Assembly: GCF_004010195.1 (NCBI RefSeq)
Contig: NC_057718.1
Span: 46,603,823 to 46,667,822 of the forward strand
Source: Chiloscyllium plagiosum
Taxonomy: Eukaryota
Length of the DNA: 64,000 nt
Direction of reading: 5' to 3'
Part shown: piece after piece, positions 10,585-23,499 of the stretch
Numbering within the stretch: the stretch's first letter is position 1
Layout: every line of letters begins with the position of its first letter
Translations under genes and position numbers: made by a program
Notes under the pieces: generated by a model
What the model was told of the DNA's origin: nothing
What the model saw: the letters and a program-made list of their open reading frames with translations, nothing else
The model's database searches: none

Positions 10585-12560
10585 TTGGTAAAACAAACAA
10601 GGGCAGGACTTATACAATTAAAGGTAGGGCCTTGGGTGGTGTTGTAGAACAGAGAGACCTAGGCATTCAGGTACATAATTCTTTGAAGCTTGCGTCATAT
10701 GTAGAAAGGGTGATTAAGAAGGCATTTAGCACACTTGCCTTCATTGCACAGACTTTTGAGTAGTATTCCAGCAGTGGTCTGACAAGTGCCTTGTATAATT
10801 TTAGCAAAACTTCCCTATTTTGTATTCCATTCCTATAGACTTAAAGGCCACCATCTATTTTACCTCAGCACTGATCCCTGTGGCACTCCATGAGTTACAG
10901 GTTGTGATCCTAAACTTTATCCCAACTCTCTGTCTTCTACTAGTTAGTTAATCCTCTATCCACACTAATATATCACACCCAAAACCATGGGCTCTTATCT
11001 TGTTAAGTGGCCTTATATGCGATGCCCTACATACAAAGGTTTCTTTTGGAAATCAAAATATATGTTACATCTAATGGCTCTCTTTACATCTAGTGGCTCC
11101 CTGCTTGTTTACCTCAAAGAACTCTAATAAATTATTCAGACATGATTTCCTCTTCGCTGAGTCATACTGACCCTGCTTGAACATATTATGTGTTTCTAAA
11201 TGCTGTTCTAGTACATCTTTTGTAGTGACTCTAACATTTTTCCAAAGACTAAGCTAACTGGGCCTATAGTTTCTGTGTTTTGTCGCCATCTCTTTTTGAA
11301 AAAGGGTGTTATGTTGGCAGTTTCCAGCCCTCATGGACTTTTCCAGAACTTAAGAACTCTTGGAAGGTTATTACCAGTACATTCTACTATATACAACCCA
11401 TTAAGATCAGGGGACTTATCAGCCTCAGGCCCATTATTCTCTCCCTAAGATTTTTTTCTCCAGTGGTGGTTATTTTATTTATTTCCTCTTCCACCCCTCT
11501 TTTGTCCTTAAATATTTAGAATCTCTAGAATGCTATTGATGTCATCTTCCTTGAAGACCGATGCAAAGTATTTGTTCAACTCTTCTGTCATTTCCTGGCT
11601 CATCATTATTTCCCCAGCCTCATTTTCTAAAGGGCCTATGTTTACTGTTGCCTCTCTCACTTTTTAAATATATTTAAACAAGATCTGACTGTCTGTTTTT
11701 ATGTCACTTGCTAGTTTGCCCTCATACTTTATTTTCTCCCTTTGTATTAATATTTTCAGTCATCTCATCCTTGCTTTTAAAATTTTCCCAAACCTCTGAT
11801 AAGCCTGCCTGGAGTGGAGGCTGGCACAGGGCAGCAGTTCTGGAGCAGAGGCTGGTGCAGGGAAAGGGATCCCAGAGTGGAGGCCGGTGCAGAGGAAGCA
11901 AGCCATGGAGTGGAAGCTGGTGCAGGGAGACGTCCCAGAGTGCAAGCCAGCACAGGGAAGCGAGTCCCGTAGAAAAACATATCTTGGAGCAGCTGAGAAC
12001 TGGTGCAGAGTGGACTGGAGGCTTGGACTGAAACACGGACAGTTGTTGGACTGAGTCTGGCACGGGTGGTCAGACCATGTGTGAAAGGCCCTGCACTGAG
12101 CTATTGCAATGTAATGTTTATTTGTAATTTGTTTATCTGACAATAATATCTATCCTTTTAACTATGTCATGTTTCTTAATTATACTATGATTCACTATAA
12201 AGTAATGTAACCACTTTTTTATTCCTCTTTTTGTATCTAAAATGTGTACCAAGGTACTTTGTACCTAAGATAGTGCCATAAGTGACATTGGAAGCTTTTC
12301 ACATTGCGCCTGTATTTCTGTATTTGTATTTCTACATCTGTATTTCTGTACTTGAGTGTAAGGGACAATAAGGGATATTCTATTTTGAATTCAAATTCTA
12401 TACCACTGATCTTTGCCACATTGTATTTTTCTTTTCCTTTTAAATTGATTTTGTACTTAACTTCCCTGGTTAACTATGATCAGTTTATCTACTTCCTAAA
12501 TTTCTTCTTCCTCAGTTGGATATATCTTTGCTGTAAACCATGAACCATTTTGTTTTAAAT
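10585..12560. mobile_element. Cluster of CR1 LINE fragments (short + piece, longer - pieces) with another repeat inserted at ~11805-12400
   Basis: CR1 RT-type nucleotide motifs (GAACAGAGAGACCTAGG, CAGCACTGATCCCTGTGGCACTCCA, GATGCAAAGTATTTGTTCA); boundaries approximate. Confidence 0.6.
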
Positions 12561-12569
12561 GCCAGCCAA

Positions 12570-13600
12570 AATCTTCTTGAAAAGAAGTTTGTTCCCTTGC
12601 TATATTGAACTATTCTTAAAGGCTTTATTCCAAGACATGAATGTATGTATTTTGCTGGAAATTATTTGATTTCTTGCTTAGTCTATTCTTCAAACTTTAG
12701 CACATTTTCAAGAGGTGAAATTATGCTACAATGAGTACATCATTGGTGGAAGTTTGGACAGTTTTGTCTTCACTAATTTGCACTTTTAGAACCACACCTG
12801 TGGTGTGAGATTGCTAAGGATTTCACGTTGACCTTGCGGCGTGTGATATATTGGTCAGATGAGACGTTTGCTTCCTCTGGTCAGATGGTTTATTGGAATT
12901 TAAGTAGTCAATACACTGTGTATAACGCTCTGCATTAAATGGAATCTTCACTGTATAATCCTTCTTGAACGGTTTTCCCAACTCTGAATTTAACCTAGTA
13001 TCCAGTCTAGAAGTTGTTCAAAATCTGAGGACTCATGTTTTCCATGACTGCCAATTCACTGAAAGCTTAAAATTTTCTCCAGGATAGATTGGTCTCGGTA
13101 AATGTTGATGCATTGTTTTAGCCTTGACAGGTACTTAAGTTGTTGATTATTTTCTTAATTTGTTAGGATGTTGTAAGGATGCTGTCCCCCTTGTATGAAA
13201 CTCATTTAGTTGTCTTGTCAAATTCTTAGCTGATTTAAGGTTTTGTTGAATCTATTGATGTTAACATTGTTATTGCAGTACTAAAACAGTAAACTGTTAA
13301 AGTTATGATTTTTAAAATGTAAAGTTCAGGTTTCCTTTACCAATATGGTGTCTTCATAGAAATGAATGAAGATATCCCTTTTCCAAGATGGTTGAAGGAA
13401 TCCCAAAGATCAATAGGTGGAAACTTGATCAAACTTGCTTCACTCAAAAAAAAATCAATGATTTCTTTCATTGCATCAAAGATGGCTGTTGTGATGTCAT
13501 TGGCATTAAATTTTTCTGTCCATGGTATTTTCATGCTAAATTTGACACCATGTGATCAGATTCACAATCTTTCTCTTTATCTGATTTTTTTTGTAGTTTA
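12570..13600 (-). mobile_element. Probable decayed Gypsy gag region
   Basis: Degenerate double Zn-knuckle-like reading on the minus strand at ~12700-12810 (HRCGSK...CP...CTHC), in the correct order and orientation upstream of the pol remnants. Confidence 0.5.
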
Positions 13601-13654
13601 ATTAATAAAATTGATAAAACCGGGAGTTGCCAAATAAAACTTTTTACAAAAACA

Positions 13655-13797
13655 AAATAATATGAATAGGAAGGGTTTGGAGGGATTTGGGCCGGGTGCT
13701 GGCAGGTGGGACTAGATTGGGTTGGGATATCTGGTCGGCATGGATGAGTTGGACTGAAGAGTCTGTTTCCATGCTGTACATCTCTATGACTCTATAA
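13655..13797 (+). mobile_element. HER1/CR1-type LINE 3' tail
   Basis: GGCAGGTGGGACTAGATTGGGTTGGGATATCTGGTCGGCATGG...CTGTACATCTCTATGACTCTAT; related copies at 19798-19912 (-), 42452-42510 and 43370-43490. Confidence 0.75.
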
Positions 13798-14232
13798 TTG
13801 TGGATACAGGAAATCAGAAACAATACCAATGCTGAAAAACTCAGAAGGTCTGGCAGCGAAATCAGAGTTAACGTTTTGGGTCTCGTGACCTTTCTTCAGA
13901 GTAGACTGATTTCTCTTCATAGGTGCTGCCAGACCTGCAAAACTTTGTGTTTGTCAAACCACTGAAATAATAATTATTTTACTGCCTTCACTGTTTAGGC
14001 TTTATGATTTTTATTCACCATTTATTTTCCGTTTCACTTGATTTTCTTTAAGCATATACCTGAAGAATTATCTTAACTTGCTATTGTTAATTTTTTCATC
14101 AAGTAAATGGTTTCAGACATTTCTTAACTCACTGTTAGAATTCTTAACTATGCTCCACAGCCTAGACTTAGAGTAAAAATAAAGCTGTATTGTTTCTTCC
14201 CTTAAGGGATCAAATTTGCTCTGGATGTCTAG

Positions 14233-14548
14233 TAGATTAGATTACATTAGATTAGATTACATTACATTACATTACAGTGTGGAAACAGGCCCTTCGGCCC
14301 AACAAGTCCACACCGACCTGCCGAAGCGCAACCCACCCATACCCCCACCCTAACACTACGGGCAATTTAGCATGGCCAATTCACCTGACCTGCACATCTT
14401 TGGACTGTGGGAGGAAACCAGAGCACCCGGAGGAAACCCACGCAGACACAGGGAGAACGTGCAAACTCCACACAGTCAGTCACCTGAGGCGGGAATTGAA
14501 CCCGGGTCTCTGGCGCTGTGAGGCAACAGTGCTAACCACTGTGCCACC
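14233..14548 (-). mobile_element. HE1-like V-SINE, full length
   Basis: tRNA-like head GGTGGCACAGTGGTTAGCAC...GGTTCAATTCC, V-domain-type GGGTTTCCTC(C/T)GGGTGCTC, simple-repeat tail (TAGAT/TACAT)n. Confidence 0.88.
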
Positions 14549-15060
14549 CACTAATTAGCTTTTCATCTATACTTCATTTGATTTTCTCCACTTAACTGTA
14601 AATGGGCTTATACTGCTCTCATCACTTTTTAAAAGGTTTGTTTCCCTTATTAATGGCTGTTTTAGTCTTTTTGAGATTTACAGTGTCCTAATTGTTCTCT
14701 GGAGCATTTTCTGTTCCATGATATTTTCCTCACAGCAGCTGTTCTGCTCTGTGTTGTTTTTTGGCTGTGAGTTAGTGTTAAACCTATCAAAAAAAAATTG
14801 AATTTTTGTCTTCTCCAGGTGAACTTTGGTCTGTTTCTTGTTCTTCACTGCTGCCATGATTTTTCAAAGCTGTCAATTCCATAACTGGCATCATCTTTTA
14901 TTGTGTTCTTTGATGCCAAATAGTGAGTTTGAGTTCTTGACAGACTGGTCAAGGAGAAGGCAAAATCAAGAAATGTCTTCAAGCTTAGACTTCAAATTAA
15001 TATTATTTATTAGATTTTTATGCTCATTCTCTCATACATCATCTCAGGGTTGCTCCAGCG

Positions 15061-15751
15061 TCCTGAAGCTCTTACACAATGCAAGTTCCTATCCTAATTC
15101 TTAACATTAACATCAGTGTTCCTGCGACTAATCTGAAGCAGCTTGATTCCAATGCCCAGGTAGTACACCTGCAGTTCCCCACTGATGAGCCAATCTCTAG
15201 TCACCTACTTTGCGATTATGAGAGAGGTAGCAGGGTGTAATAACTGAAAAGTAGCACTTCCTTTTGATGGTTACGTTCCACAACTTTCATTTTCAATAAC
15301 CTTCCCAGCTCCTATTTGTATAATAAGACTAGAACCCACATTAGAGCAGTGCAATTCAGTATTTTTAATAAATGTGCGGAGTGTATAGCTTCAATCCATG
15401 TGCTACTGATTTGCTGTTAGAAGTTTTCTTTTCCTTTCCTTCATTCCAGCTACCCCAACATTTCCAGCTAGGTGGAGGGAGTCTAGAGAGCGATGTGCCC
15501 TGAAGGCTTTGAAAACTTCAGTGCGTGACTTCCAGGTGATCTTTGAGTTGAGAATGATGGTGGGGGGGTTCTTACCAGACCCGAACTGGTAAGCCCCACT
15601 AACGGGAGTGAGGGACATGGGAGCCAACAGTGGCATGTGGGAGTGGAAGACCCTTAAATAAGTCAGCCTATATTGGGCCAAGGATGCCCAGGCTCCTGGA
15701 GCTCTTACACAATACGAGTTCCTATCCTAAATGTTAACGTTAACTTCAGTG
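15061..15751. repeat. ~58-bp dispersed direct repeat (15061-15118 and 15694-15751)
   Basis: TCCTGAAGCTCTTACACAATGCAAGTTCCTATCCTAATTCTTAACATTAACATCAGTG versus TCCTGGAGCTCTTACACAATACGAGTTCCTATCCTAAATGTTAACGTTAACTTCAGTG. Confidence 0.8.
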
Positions 15752-17463
15752 ACTGGCAATAGGCAAGGGCCCTTGCCTATTACCAGTTCAACAATGCAAG
15801 TTCAGGCCTGCATCTCTCTGACCACTGGTTAAATCAATTGACCCAAAGCCTTCCACCACTCCCCACAACTAGAAAGATGGAGTTTCCAGCAGGAATGGGT
15901 AGGTGGGTGGGAGGGTCAGCACACGTGGCACTTTTGCAAACCGTTCAATGTGTTGTAGTTTGCTGCCACCAGCCTCTTTCTGTGACTGGGACTAAGGGCC
16001 TACTTGGTTCCCAGTGTTAAAGAAAAATGCCACTGAATCTTAACAAGAGACTGGACATAAACCAGATCCATGTTTAACCCTTGGGAGGATACATTTTGAA
16101 ACTAAGACGATTGGGAAACTGAGAATAACATGCCTATCTTCTTCAAGATCCTGAGTTGTTCTGTCTTTCTCCACCCAAGTCCCTATGACATAATTAGATT
16201 GGGTAGAACTTAATGCAGTCTCCAACATTAATCCATTCAAAATTATTAGGTTATATAACAACAACCAATTCTGAAGGGCAGCAAAATTTAGCCGTCAGGC
16301 TGGGATTTTGCATTTTGGAATAAAATATGGTGCTCAATAATCCTTAAAGATCGCCACTTCCACTATGACCCAGGGCGGGTTATCTTGTATGACTACATGC
16401 TTTTCATTGTGATATTGAATAGGTGACCCTTGGTGAGACCTGCCAGGATATATATAGGTTTTAATGCAATATTCAAAGGAGACTGCTCTTGCACTACCAC
16501 CCCCAGCCCAAACAGAAAGCAGAGCTTGTCATGGGGGCTATAAGTAGGTGAAAATGGGTTAGCTGAGCTGAAGGTACAGTGTCAGAACAGGACGAGGGTA
16601 AAGGATTATTTCCTCTGCTTAGGTATTCCAAGAGAAGGGACAGAAAATTGAATTTACTAGACCATTGAGAAACAAAATACTATTTCATGGGAGGTAAGGC
16701 TAGGGAAGTCAGCAAAGCATTGTAGATGTGTGAATTGTAGGACAAAACAAAAGGACAAACCTTTCAGAAGTAGCATTATACCTCCAACAAAGTAACTGGT
16801 AATTTACCAATTATTCATTACCTTTGGAGCACATAATCTGAAAAACAAAATTTTCCTGTTATTTGCTAGTTGGTTCATTGGCATAAGAAAAAAAATTACT
16901 GGTTTTGCTTCACTTGGCCTTTGTCATGCTTTGTATGACTTCACTGATCTTTGTTACACATCATTACAGGATGTGATTGTAGTGTTATGTGCATACAATG
17001 CGCTGGTTGAAATATATCAAAACATCTTACTGGGCTTATTTAATAATGCAAATCAGAACTCAAATCACGTACATTTGATTGTAATAGTCAGTCGGCATTC
17101 GTTTGGAATGTAAAGTACAAATTAATGTAAGTCATTTAGGCACGTTTTTAAAGTGGCTAACATAATTTGCGGAAAAAAAACATGCTAGCGTGAGTATTTG
17201 ATTTAAAAGAAATATAATGTAATGATGACTAAGCCTGCACGGAAACGAACATAGGGCAAGTTCCTCAGTGATAAGCCCGCCCTTCTAACAGAAGGCACCT
17301 TTTCAACAGACCTGGGATTTCTTGGGAATTTAGTATTGGTTAACGTGATACAGGAAAGACTCATTCAAATTTCATCAATCGTGGAACGATCAACATCATT
17401 ACATTAACATTTATTCAGCCAATATGTACTTGCACGTGTAAGTTAATTTTAAAATGATATCTT

Positions 17464-18090
17464 CATTTAGATTCTGATTCTTAACTTTAAGTAAGAATCT
17501 TCCTGATAATGGTTTGTAAAAATTTCTTTTTGTTTCGATGAATAACGGAATGCGCTGCGATTTGTTTTCCGCTATGTTGAACCTTGTGGTTTGCCGTAGG
17601 AATGATCGGTGGATTGGTGTTAATACGTAGGTTGTAGTGTTTAGGAGGGCATCGCCCTATTGCCCGGAAGCGGCTTTGTGGGATTGTTGAACTACAACTC
17701 CCAGAAGGCCGCACGCGCGGTCGTTGTGCGACCCCTGGGCGGAGGTGGGAGGCTGAGACCTGGAACCGGCCGCATTTAAATTCTGATTCTTAAGTTTAAA
17801 AAAAAATCGCTCTGATAGTGGTTTGTACAAAGGCCTGACCTTTTTTAGTGTTTTGATGTATAACGGAGTGCGCTGCGATTTGCTTTCCGCTTTTTTGAAC
17901 CTTGAGGTTTACCGTAGGAATGTTTGGTGGAGTAGTGAGCACGCGTAGGTTGTAGTTTTTTAGGATGGCATTGTCCTATAGCCCGAAGCGGTGGTGCGGG
18001 ATTGTTAAACTACAACTCCCAGAAGGCCTCACGCGCGGTCGTTGTGCGACCCCCGGACGGAGGTGGAAGCTGAGGCCTGGAGCCGGCAGC
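17464..18090 (+). promoter_or_regulatory. CpG-rich putative ANGEL2 promoter, present as two tandem ~310-bp copies
   Basis: Most CpG-dense non-transposon region in the window; copy 1 17464-17772, copy 2 17773-~18090; each has ACTACAACTCCCAGAAGGCC (17691-17710 and 18009-18028; ZNF143/THAP11-type motif); ETS-type CCGGAAG at 17664-17670 in copy 1 only. Confidence 0.8.
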
Positions 18091-18192
18091 AGTGGGATCG
18101 ACCAGGGTTTTAATCAGTATTCTGAATTAGTTAATTAGTCACCATTAATATGGGGTTTGATTCGAATATATTAGTTTCCTGTTGGTGACACC
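18030..18192 (+). other. ANGEL2: Putative non-coding first exon of ANGEL2 (start uncertain)
   Basis: Consensus donor GTAAGT at 18193-18198 just downstream of the promoter; the ATG exon at 19562 has its own splice acceptor, which implies an upstream exon. Confidence 0.45.
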
Positions 18193-18249
18193 GTAAGTGG
18201 TGGTTTATATGTTCTTAAATTTATGATCCTTATTACGCCATTGAATGGT

Positions 18250-18550
18250 GTCAGCTGTGTTCAGGTGGCAGTGTTGTGGTCTCTGACACACAAGGTTCTC
18301 GTTCAAATCCCAAACCCTGGGGGCTTGAGCAAAAAAAAATCAAAGCTGATACACCAATGCAGTGCTGGGGGAGCAGCGGGGATATTCGTGACACTCACGC
18401 CCTAAATCAACATTAATGTTTGGGAGAATGTTGTGTTTCCTGTATTATATCAGTGACTGGCTGCACTTCAGAAGATGTTCATTAGTTCCATAGTGGTTTT
18501 AAGATTTTCAATGGTAATGGAAAGTACTCTTATCAATTGCAAGTCTTTCA
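18250..18550 (+). mobile_element. Old tRNA-derived SINE (Deu-domain/SacSINE-like)
   Basis: Degenerate A/B boxes (GTTCAGGTGGCAG...GTTCAAATCC) followed by AAGCTGATACACC..GCAGTGCTGGGGGAGC. Confidence 0.5.
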
Positions 18551-19601
18551 TTGCCGGCCTATCACATTAATCCAGTCTTGAAATGTTACAGCAGAGGATC
18601 AAATGATCTTTTGAAAAACTAAATGGAAGAGCAAGAATTTTTTTTTTCGCACAAGCGTTGTTCTAGTTCTTGAGGGTCTTGCCTCCTGATCGCTGAGTAG
18701 TATCCTCAAGCGACATATATAAACAATTCTTTCAAATGGAAAGAGATGCTTCTCGCCCCTTTTTGGACTATGGTTAATTGCCGAATTGGTTTTACTAGAA
18801 CCAGCTAACTACTATTCATAGAGTCAGACTAAGATAATGATTTTTGTTAGATCATATCTTTGATGTATTTTTCACTAATAAATGTAGCTTGATTTGAGTT
18901 TACTTTCCTAACATTTTGTCTTGGTAAATCTTATTCAGAGTTACATGGTCCTTCCAATAATGGAGGCTAATGAATTTGAAGTGGGATGATGGTATATTTT
19001 GATATGCGTTAGTAATTCAGAGGCCCAGGGAATGCTGGTTTAAATCTGGTTAAATGGCAGTTGGTGCATTTTAAATTAATTGAACAGATCTAGAAGTGAA
19101 AGCTAGCCTCAGTAAATGGTGACCATAAAATCATCCATTTGATTAGGTGCGTTAGACAATAAAAACTGGTTCCATGTCTGGTTTGGTCGTATGTGACTCC
19201 AGAGCTACAACTTTGCGGTTGACTTTTGACTGCTCTCTGAAATGGACTGGAGACAAAAAAAACTGCAGATGCTGCAATCCAAACAGGCCTGCCTGTCTAC
19301 TCTGAAATGAACTAGCAAGCCACTCTGTATCAAGCAAAAGGGAAAAGTCCAAACAGCACTGCAGGTATACCTGCACTAAATGGACTACAGCAGACCAGAA
19401 GGCCACCTGCCCTATTCCTTCCAAAGGGCAATTAAAGTTTGACAATAAATGGCAGTGATACCAATATCCCATGAAAGAATAAATGAAATAAATATTTACT
19501 ATGACTTGTTTTTTTTTTGTTTTAATTGATTTGTGTATATTGTCTTGTGGGTTTGATTCAGTAGCATCTGGAAGAACAGTTTCTGCTGCAGTTCTTGAAG
19601 A

Positions 19602-19666
19602 ATGAATATCAACCGCTTCACACCTTTTGGGTACTCTGCTAGGCTGAATACACAGAATTTAAGAGG
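19602..19666 (+). CDS. ANGEL2: ANGEL2 coding exon 1 (MNINRFTPFGYSARLNTQNLRG); exon begins at 19562 or 19565
   Basis: T-rich tract then CAG/TAG acceptor; ATG at 19602 with A at -3; donor GTAGGA at 19667; phase 2 matches the next exon; length similar to the short first coding exon of mammalian ANGEL2. Confidence 0.7.
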
Positions 19667-22045
19667 GTAGGAACTTGCTTAGTGTTAATATCCACATTAG
19701 TATAATCTTTAGAGTGGAAAGGCCTTACAAATTAGCATAAACGGTGGCACTTTATGGTGCCTGCCATTATGTTTTTCTTCCTCTTGCTAGTCATCTTAGA
19801 GTCATAGAGATGTACAGCATGGAAACAGACCCTTCATGGTCCAACCCGTCCATGCCAACCAGATATTCCAACCCAATCTAGTCCCACCTTCCAGCACCCA
19901 GCCCATATCCCTCTGAAATTGTTGAGCTAACGGGGTGCAGCTAACCCTGAGTGTTTCTGGGCAGTGAGTGACAGTAAACTAATGTGAGGCTGAGATATCA
20001 TTGATACACTTTAGCTTAAGTGCTTAAAATCAAAGAGAATGGGAATCCCAGCTAATATTTCTTTCTCAATACAATTTTGGACAATGTAATTTTTCCTCCC
20101 ATGCAGTTTGGTGTGGACAGCATACCAATCCTTTATTAAACTAATACACAGAAAAGGGTGAAATTACAAAAGTAATCTGATTATGCAATTAGAATGACTG
20201 GTTAATACAACATACATATTATGTGGTTTTCACTAATCCATATTTGTTTTTTTTTTGTTTATTTTATACTATAAGCAAGTGCTCCCTATTTAAACATAGA
20301 TATAGAATGTAGAAATAAGAACAAAACAATGACTCAGCACGTCCGATAGCATTTGTGGATTGAGAACCTGTTAATATTTTGGCTGAATATTGCTTTACCA
20401 GTATGGTAGATTTTGATTATGTTCATCAATTTCAAGTTATATATTGGTATTATATAAATAATATACTAGTTGAAACATCTTTTAATCTCAGTTACATTTT
20501 AGCTGTGTCGACGTGATAAAAATACAGAATTTCCTACAGAATTTAACATCTATCTGGCCAGTTTAAACGACTAAATTAGTAGTCTGCCCTGCTAGTAACA
20601 TGAGATCCTTGTCAAAATGAAAGTTAAATGGCCTGAGTTTAGTAGACTCTGCTAAACTGAGTTACATGATAGCTAAAAATAACTTGGATTTTGAGAAGTG
20701 TATTATACATCCCTGGGCATTTTTAAGGCTTTAACATTGTTAAAGAAAGCACTTGCATTTACACAGTCCTTTCTACAGCCTCAAAATATCCCACAGTACT
20801 TTGGGATCGATCAAGTACTCTTGAAATTAAGTCACTGTTTAGGGTGTAAGAAATGTAGTGACAGTCAGTTGCACACATCAAGATCTCACACACAGCAGTA
20901 TGATAAACAGATTTTATTTTTAAGTTTTAATTGTTTAGAAGCACATGCTAAGATTGGATTAAAGCAAAGCCTCAGATTTGATCATGACTTGCAATATATT
21001 TTTCTTCAAATCAATTATTTTTGGTTGTGCAGTAAGCTCCACGCATATTGCGTTTTCATGTTTGCATGTTCACTCTGTAAACCTCTTACAAAGGTCATAA
21101 ATGAGTTCTGTGAATAGCATAGGCATCAGAGTTCTTTCCTTTGAGGTATAGGCAGTATTGGGGTGGTAAATTTCATATCCTCCCATGTCTTAAATAAACA
21201 CCAATTTAATTTAAGGAGTGTAGATAATCACCCAACACTTACATTGCGGTTTTCAAAAGGGATAAAAATTGACAAAATTTCATTTAAATTAGCTGCTTGG
21301 AGAAATGTCAAACCTGTAAAGATGTAGACAGATTTGCACTAACTTCTTACTTATGTTGAGCCTGCCACCAGCAGTAAGAAGAGGATTTTTAAAAGATTTT
21401 TGAGGAGAATTTATGGCACAAAAAGGGCAAGAAAACACTATTCTATCCATTAGTGTTGCCCCTATCTTTGCTACCATGCTCAGACGTCCACAATGCATGC
21501 TCCAGGAAAAGATAAGAATAATTTGTGGTACTTTTGGAAAGAAGTGAGGCATATCAATTCCAGTGCTGTAATGCAAACATACATTGGCAGCACCATATTT
21601 TAATTTGATTCCCTGCATATGGAGTTTTTTTTTGCAGTCCCCCATCCTTTCATAACGTTTATATTTTCTTTAATTACATCTTCAAGATCAATGTATGCCC
21701 TCTAATTTGATATTTCCTTCATTCCTGCACTGATTAAAGTATCAAGTTTTGAAGGTAAATTTAGAAATTAGATCTTCAAAATTGATTTATACTGCACACT
21801 GCCCTACAAATTCTTATAATAATTAAATAGATTAACCATTAATACAATGATATAAAGGCCTCTGGATGTATTTAAACATTACAGTATTTATCTATTTGAA
21901 AGTTGACTAACTTTGTTATAACTTATTAATTTTAGAAGTATGATAAAATCCATTAATGTGTTTTAATAAGGTATTGCACCTAGTATAAGTTATGTTGTTT
22001 ATTAGTTTTTCATGAAACATTAAGGGGGTAATTTGTGTTTTCCAG

Positions 22046-22557
22046 GCACCACATGCTTACTCATCATCTACAGAGCTTTGGCAGGAGTTGCATTGCCCGC
22101 TCAGAGATCCCGCATTGGTTCCATAGGACCTCGTTCTTTCCCTGTCCTCGGTGGCCATCCAGTTTTGCTCCTGAAACTTTAAGCCTGCATGGTTTTGGAA
22201 ATTACTTCCCATTCCACTGGAGACCACCTTTTCATTGGAGACCACTTTGTCATAGTAACCCACTGGTCACCTTTCACAGTGATTCATGGACAGGAGGCAG
22301 ATCTTTACACCAAGGCTTGAGTTCTTACTCAATAAATCAATCACCTGGTTGTTCCATGGAGCTAGTTGACAGTCAACCTCAAACTAAACGAAGAAAGTAT
22401 TCCCAACCAAATCAGGAAGAACGGAGCCCTACAGAATCAGAAAATGGAAGTCGTGCAACTTACAAAAATACTGGCTGTGTTACTTTTCCTGGAAATGAAT
22501 TGGAAAATTCATATGTCTCCAACGTGATTGAAGATCAAGAAACTCAGTGCACAAAAG
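22046..22557 (+). CDS. ANGEL2: ANGEL2 coding exon 2 (N-terminal region)
   Basis: Acceptor TTTTCCAG; HHMLTHHLQSFGRS..CPRWP..HWRPP..QPQTKRRK resembles human MFPHHSRSLGRD..CMRWP..NWRPP..EPSSKRRK; donor AAG|GTAATA, phase 1. Confidence 0.9.
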
Positions 22558-22674
22558 GTAATACTGTTTATAAAGTTTAATCCAGAGAATTAGATTTGAT
22601 TTAAATTATGAAGGCAAGTAATAAATTATAGCATCTATAAAGGTAATCGTAATTCCATTTGAAGTATATTTGCC

Positions 22675-23499
22675 TGTTATAGCAAAAGAGTTTCATTGTC
22701 CCGTGGTCTACAATAGAAGCTGGTGTGACCAATTAAAATAACTTGGTAAGTTACTATCCCCTTTTTGGATTGGGGGTTTTCTCTGCATATCAACACAGCA
22801 AGGATGCCAAATAATTATTTGTACATAACACACTTACTCAGAACACAAATAGAATCTTATACTCAATAAGATTTATACTCCAGTGACCACGTGTTTGGGG
22901 TTGCCTGGGCTTGTATGCAGGTCAGATTGAGGGAATGATCAGTTCCATTCCTCTGGTCTCCAAGTAGTGATCAGCCTATTTAATCCTGAGCCAGTGAGTT
23001 ATCATATTGGACCATAATTCCTTATACCTGGCTCTGTGCTTTCCACAATACGATCATAGGTCAAACCTGTCTTCTTGAGACTTAGCAATCAGCCACTTAC
23101 CAGATTGGCGTAGCGATTGGCTATACATCTATTGATCTTACATAACTAGTTCCCTGTTTTCAACCATCACTCTAACAAAACAATAATCTTATCTCTACCA
23201 ACTTCTCAGTTTCAAAACAATCAGCCTGTATAGTGCACTCGTTACAAATTTAACAACAATTTTAATCATATCAAGTCAATAATGAACCTTGTCTAGAGCA
23301 CTGTCTTGCAGGTGTTTGTCCATTCAGGTACTTTAACAATAGCACAATTACACCATGTTAATCGTGTTACAGGCTTGGAATCAAGATAGTCAGACCATGG
23401 GATTTAAAGATCACTTAAACTTTGATCACAGCAAACAAGCATCATGGGAATCATTACAAGTTAATGTGATCAGTTGAACTTGATATTCAAGATTTAACA
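22675..23499. mobile_element. Possible solo LTR
   Basis: TGTTA...TAACA termini and non-coding composition; no convincing TSD. Confidence 0.3.

Noticed and set aside
11805..12060. GC-rich ORF cluster with short internal repeats as an exon or array
   Set aside because: Degenerate GGAGTGGAGGCTGG-type repeats within a repeat insertion; no constant repeat-spacer structure and no protein similarity
14480..14548. tRNA genes at SINE heads (also 62442, 63113, 47310, 60500)
   Set aside because: A/B boxes run into SINE bodies and no complete cloverleaf is evident
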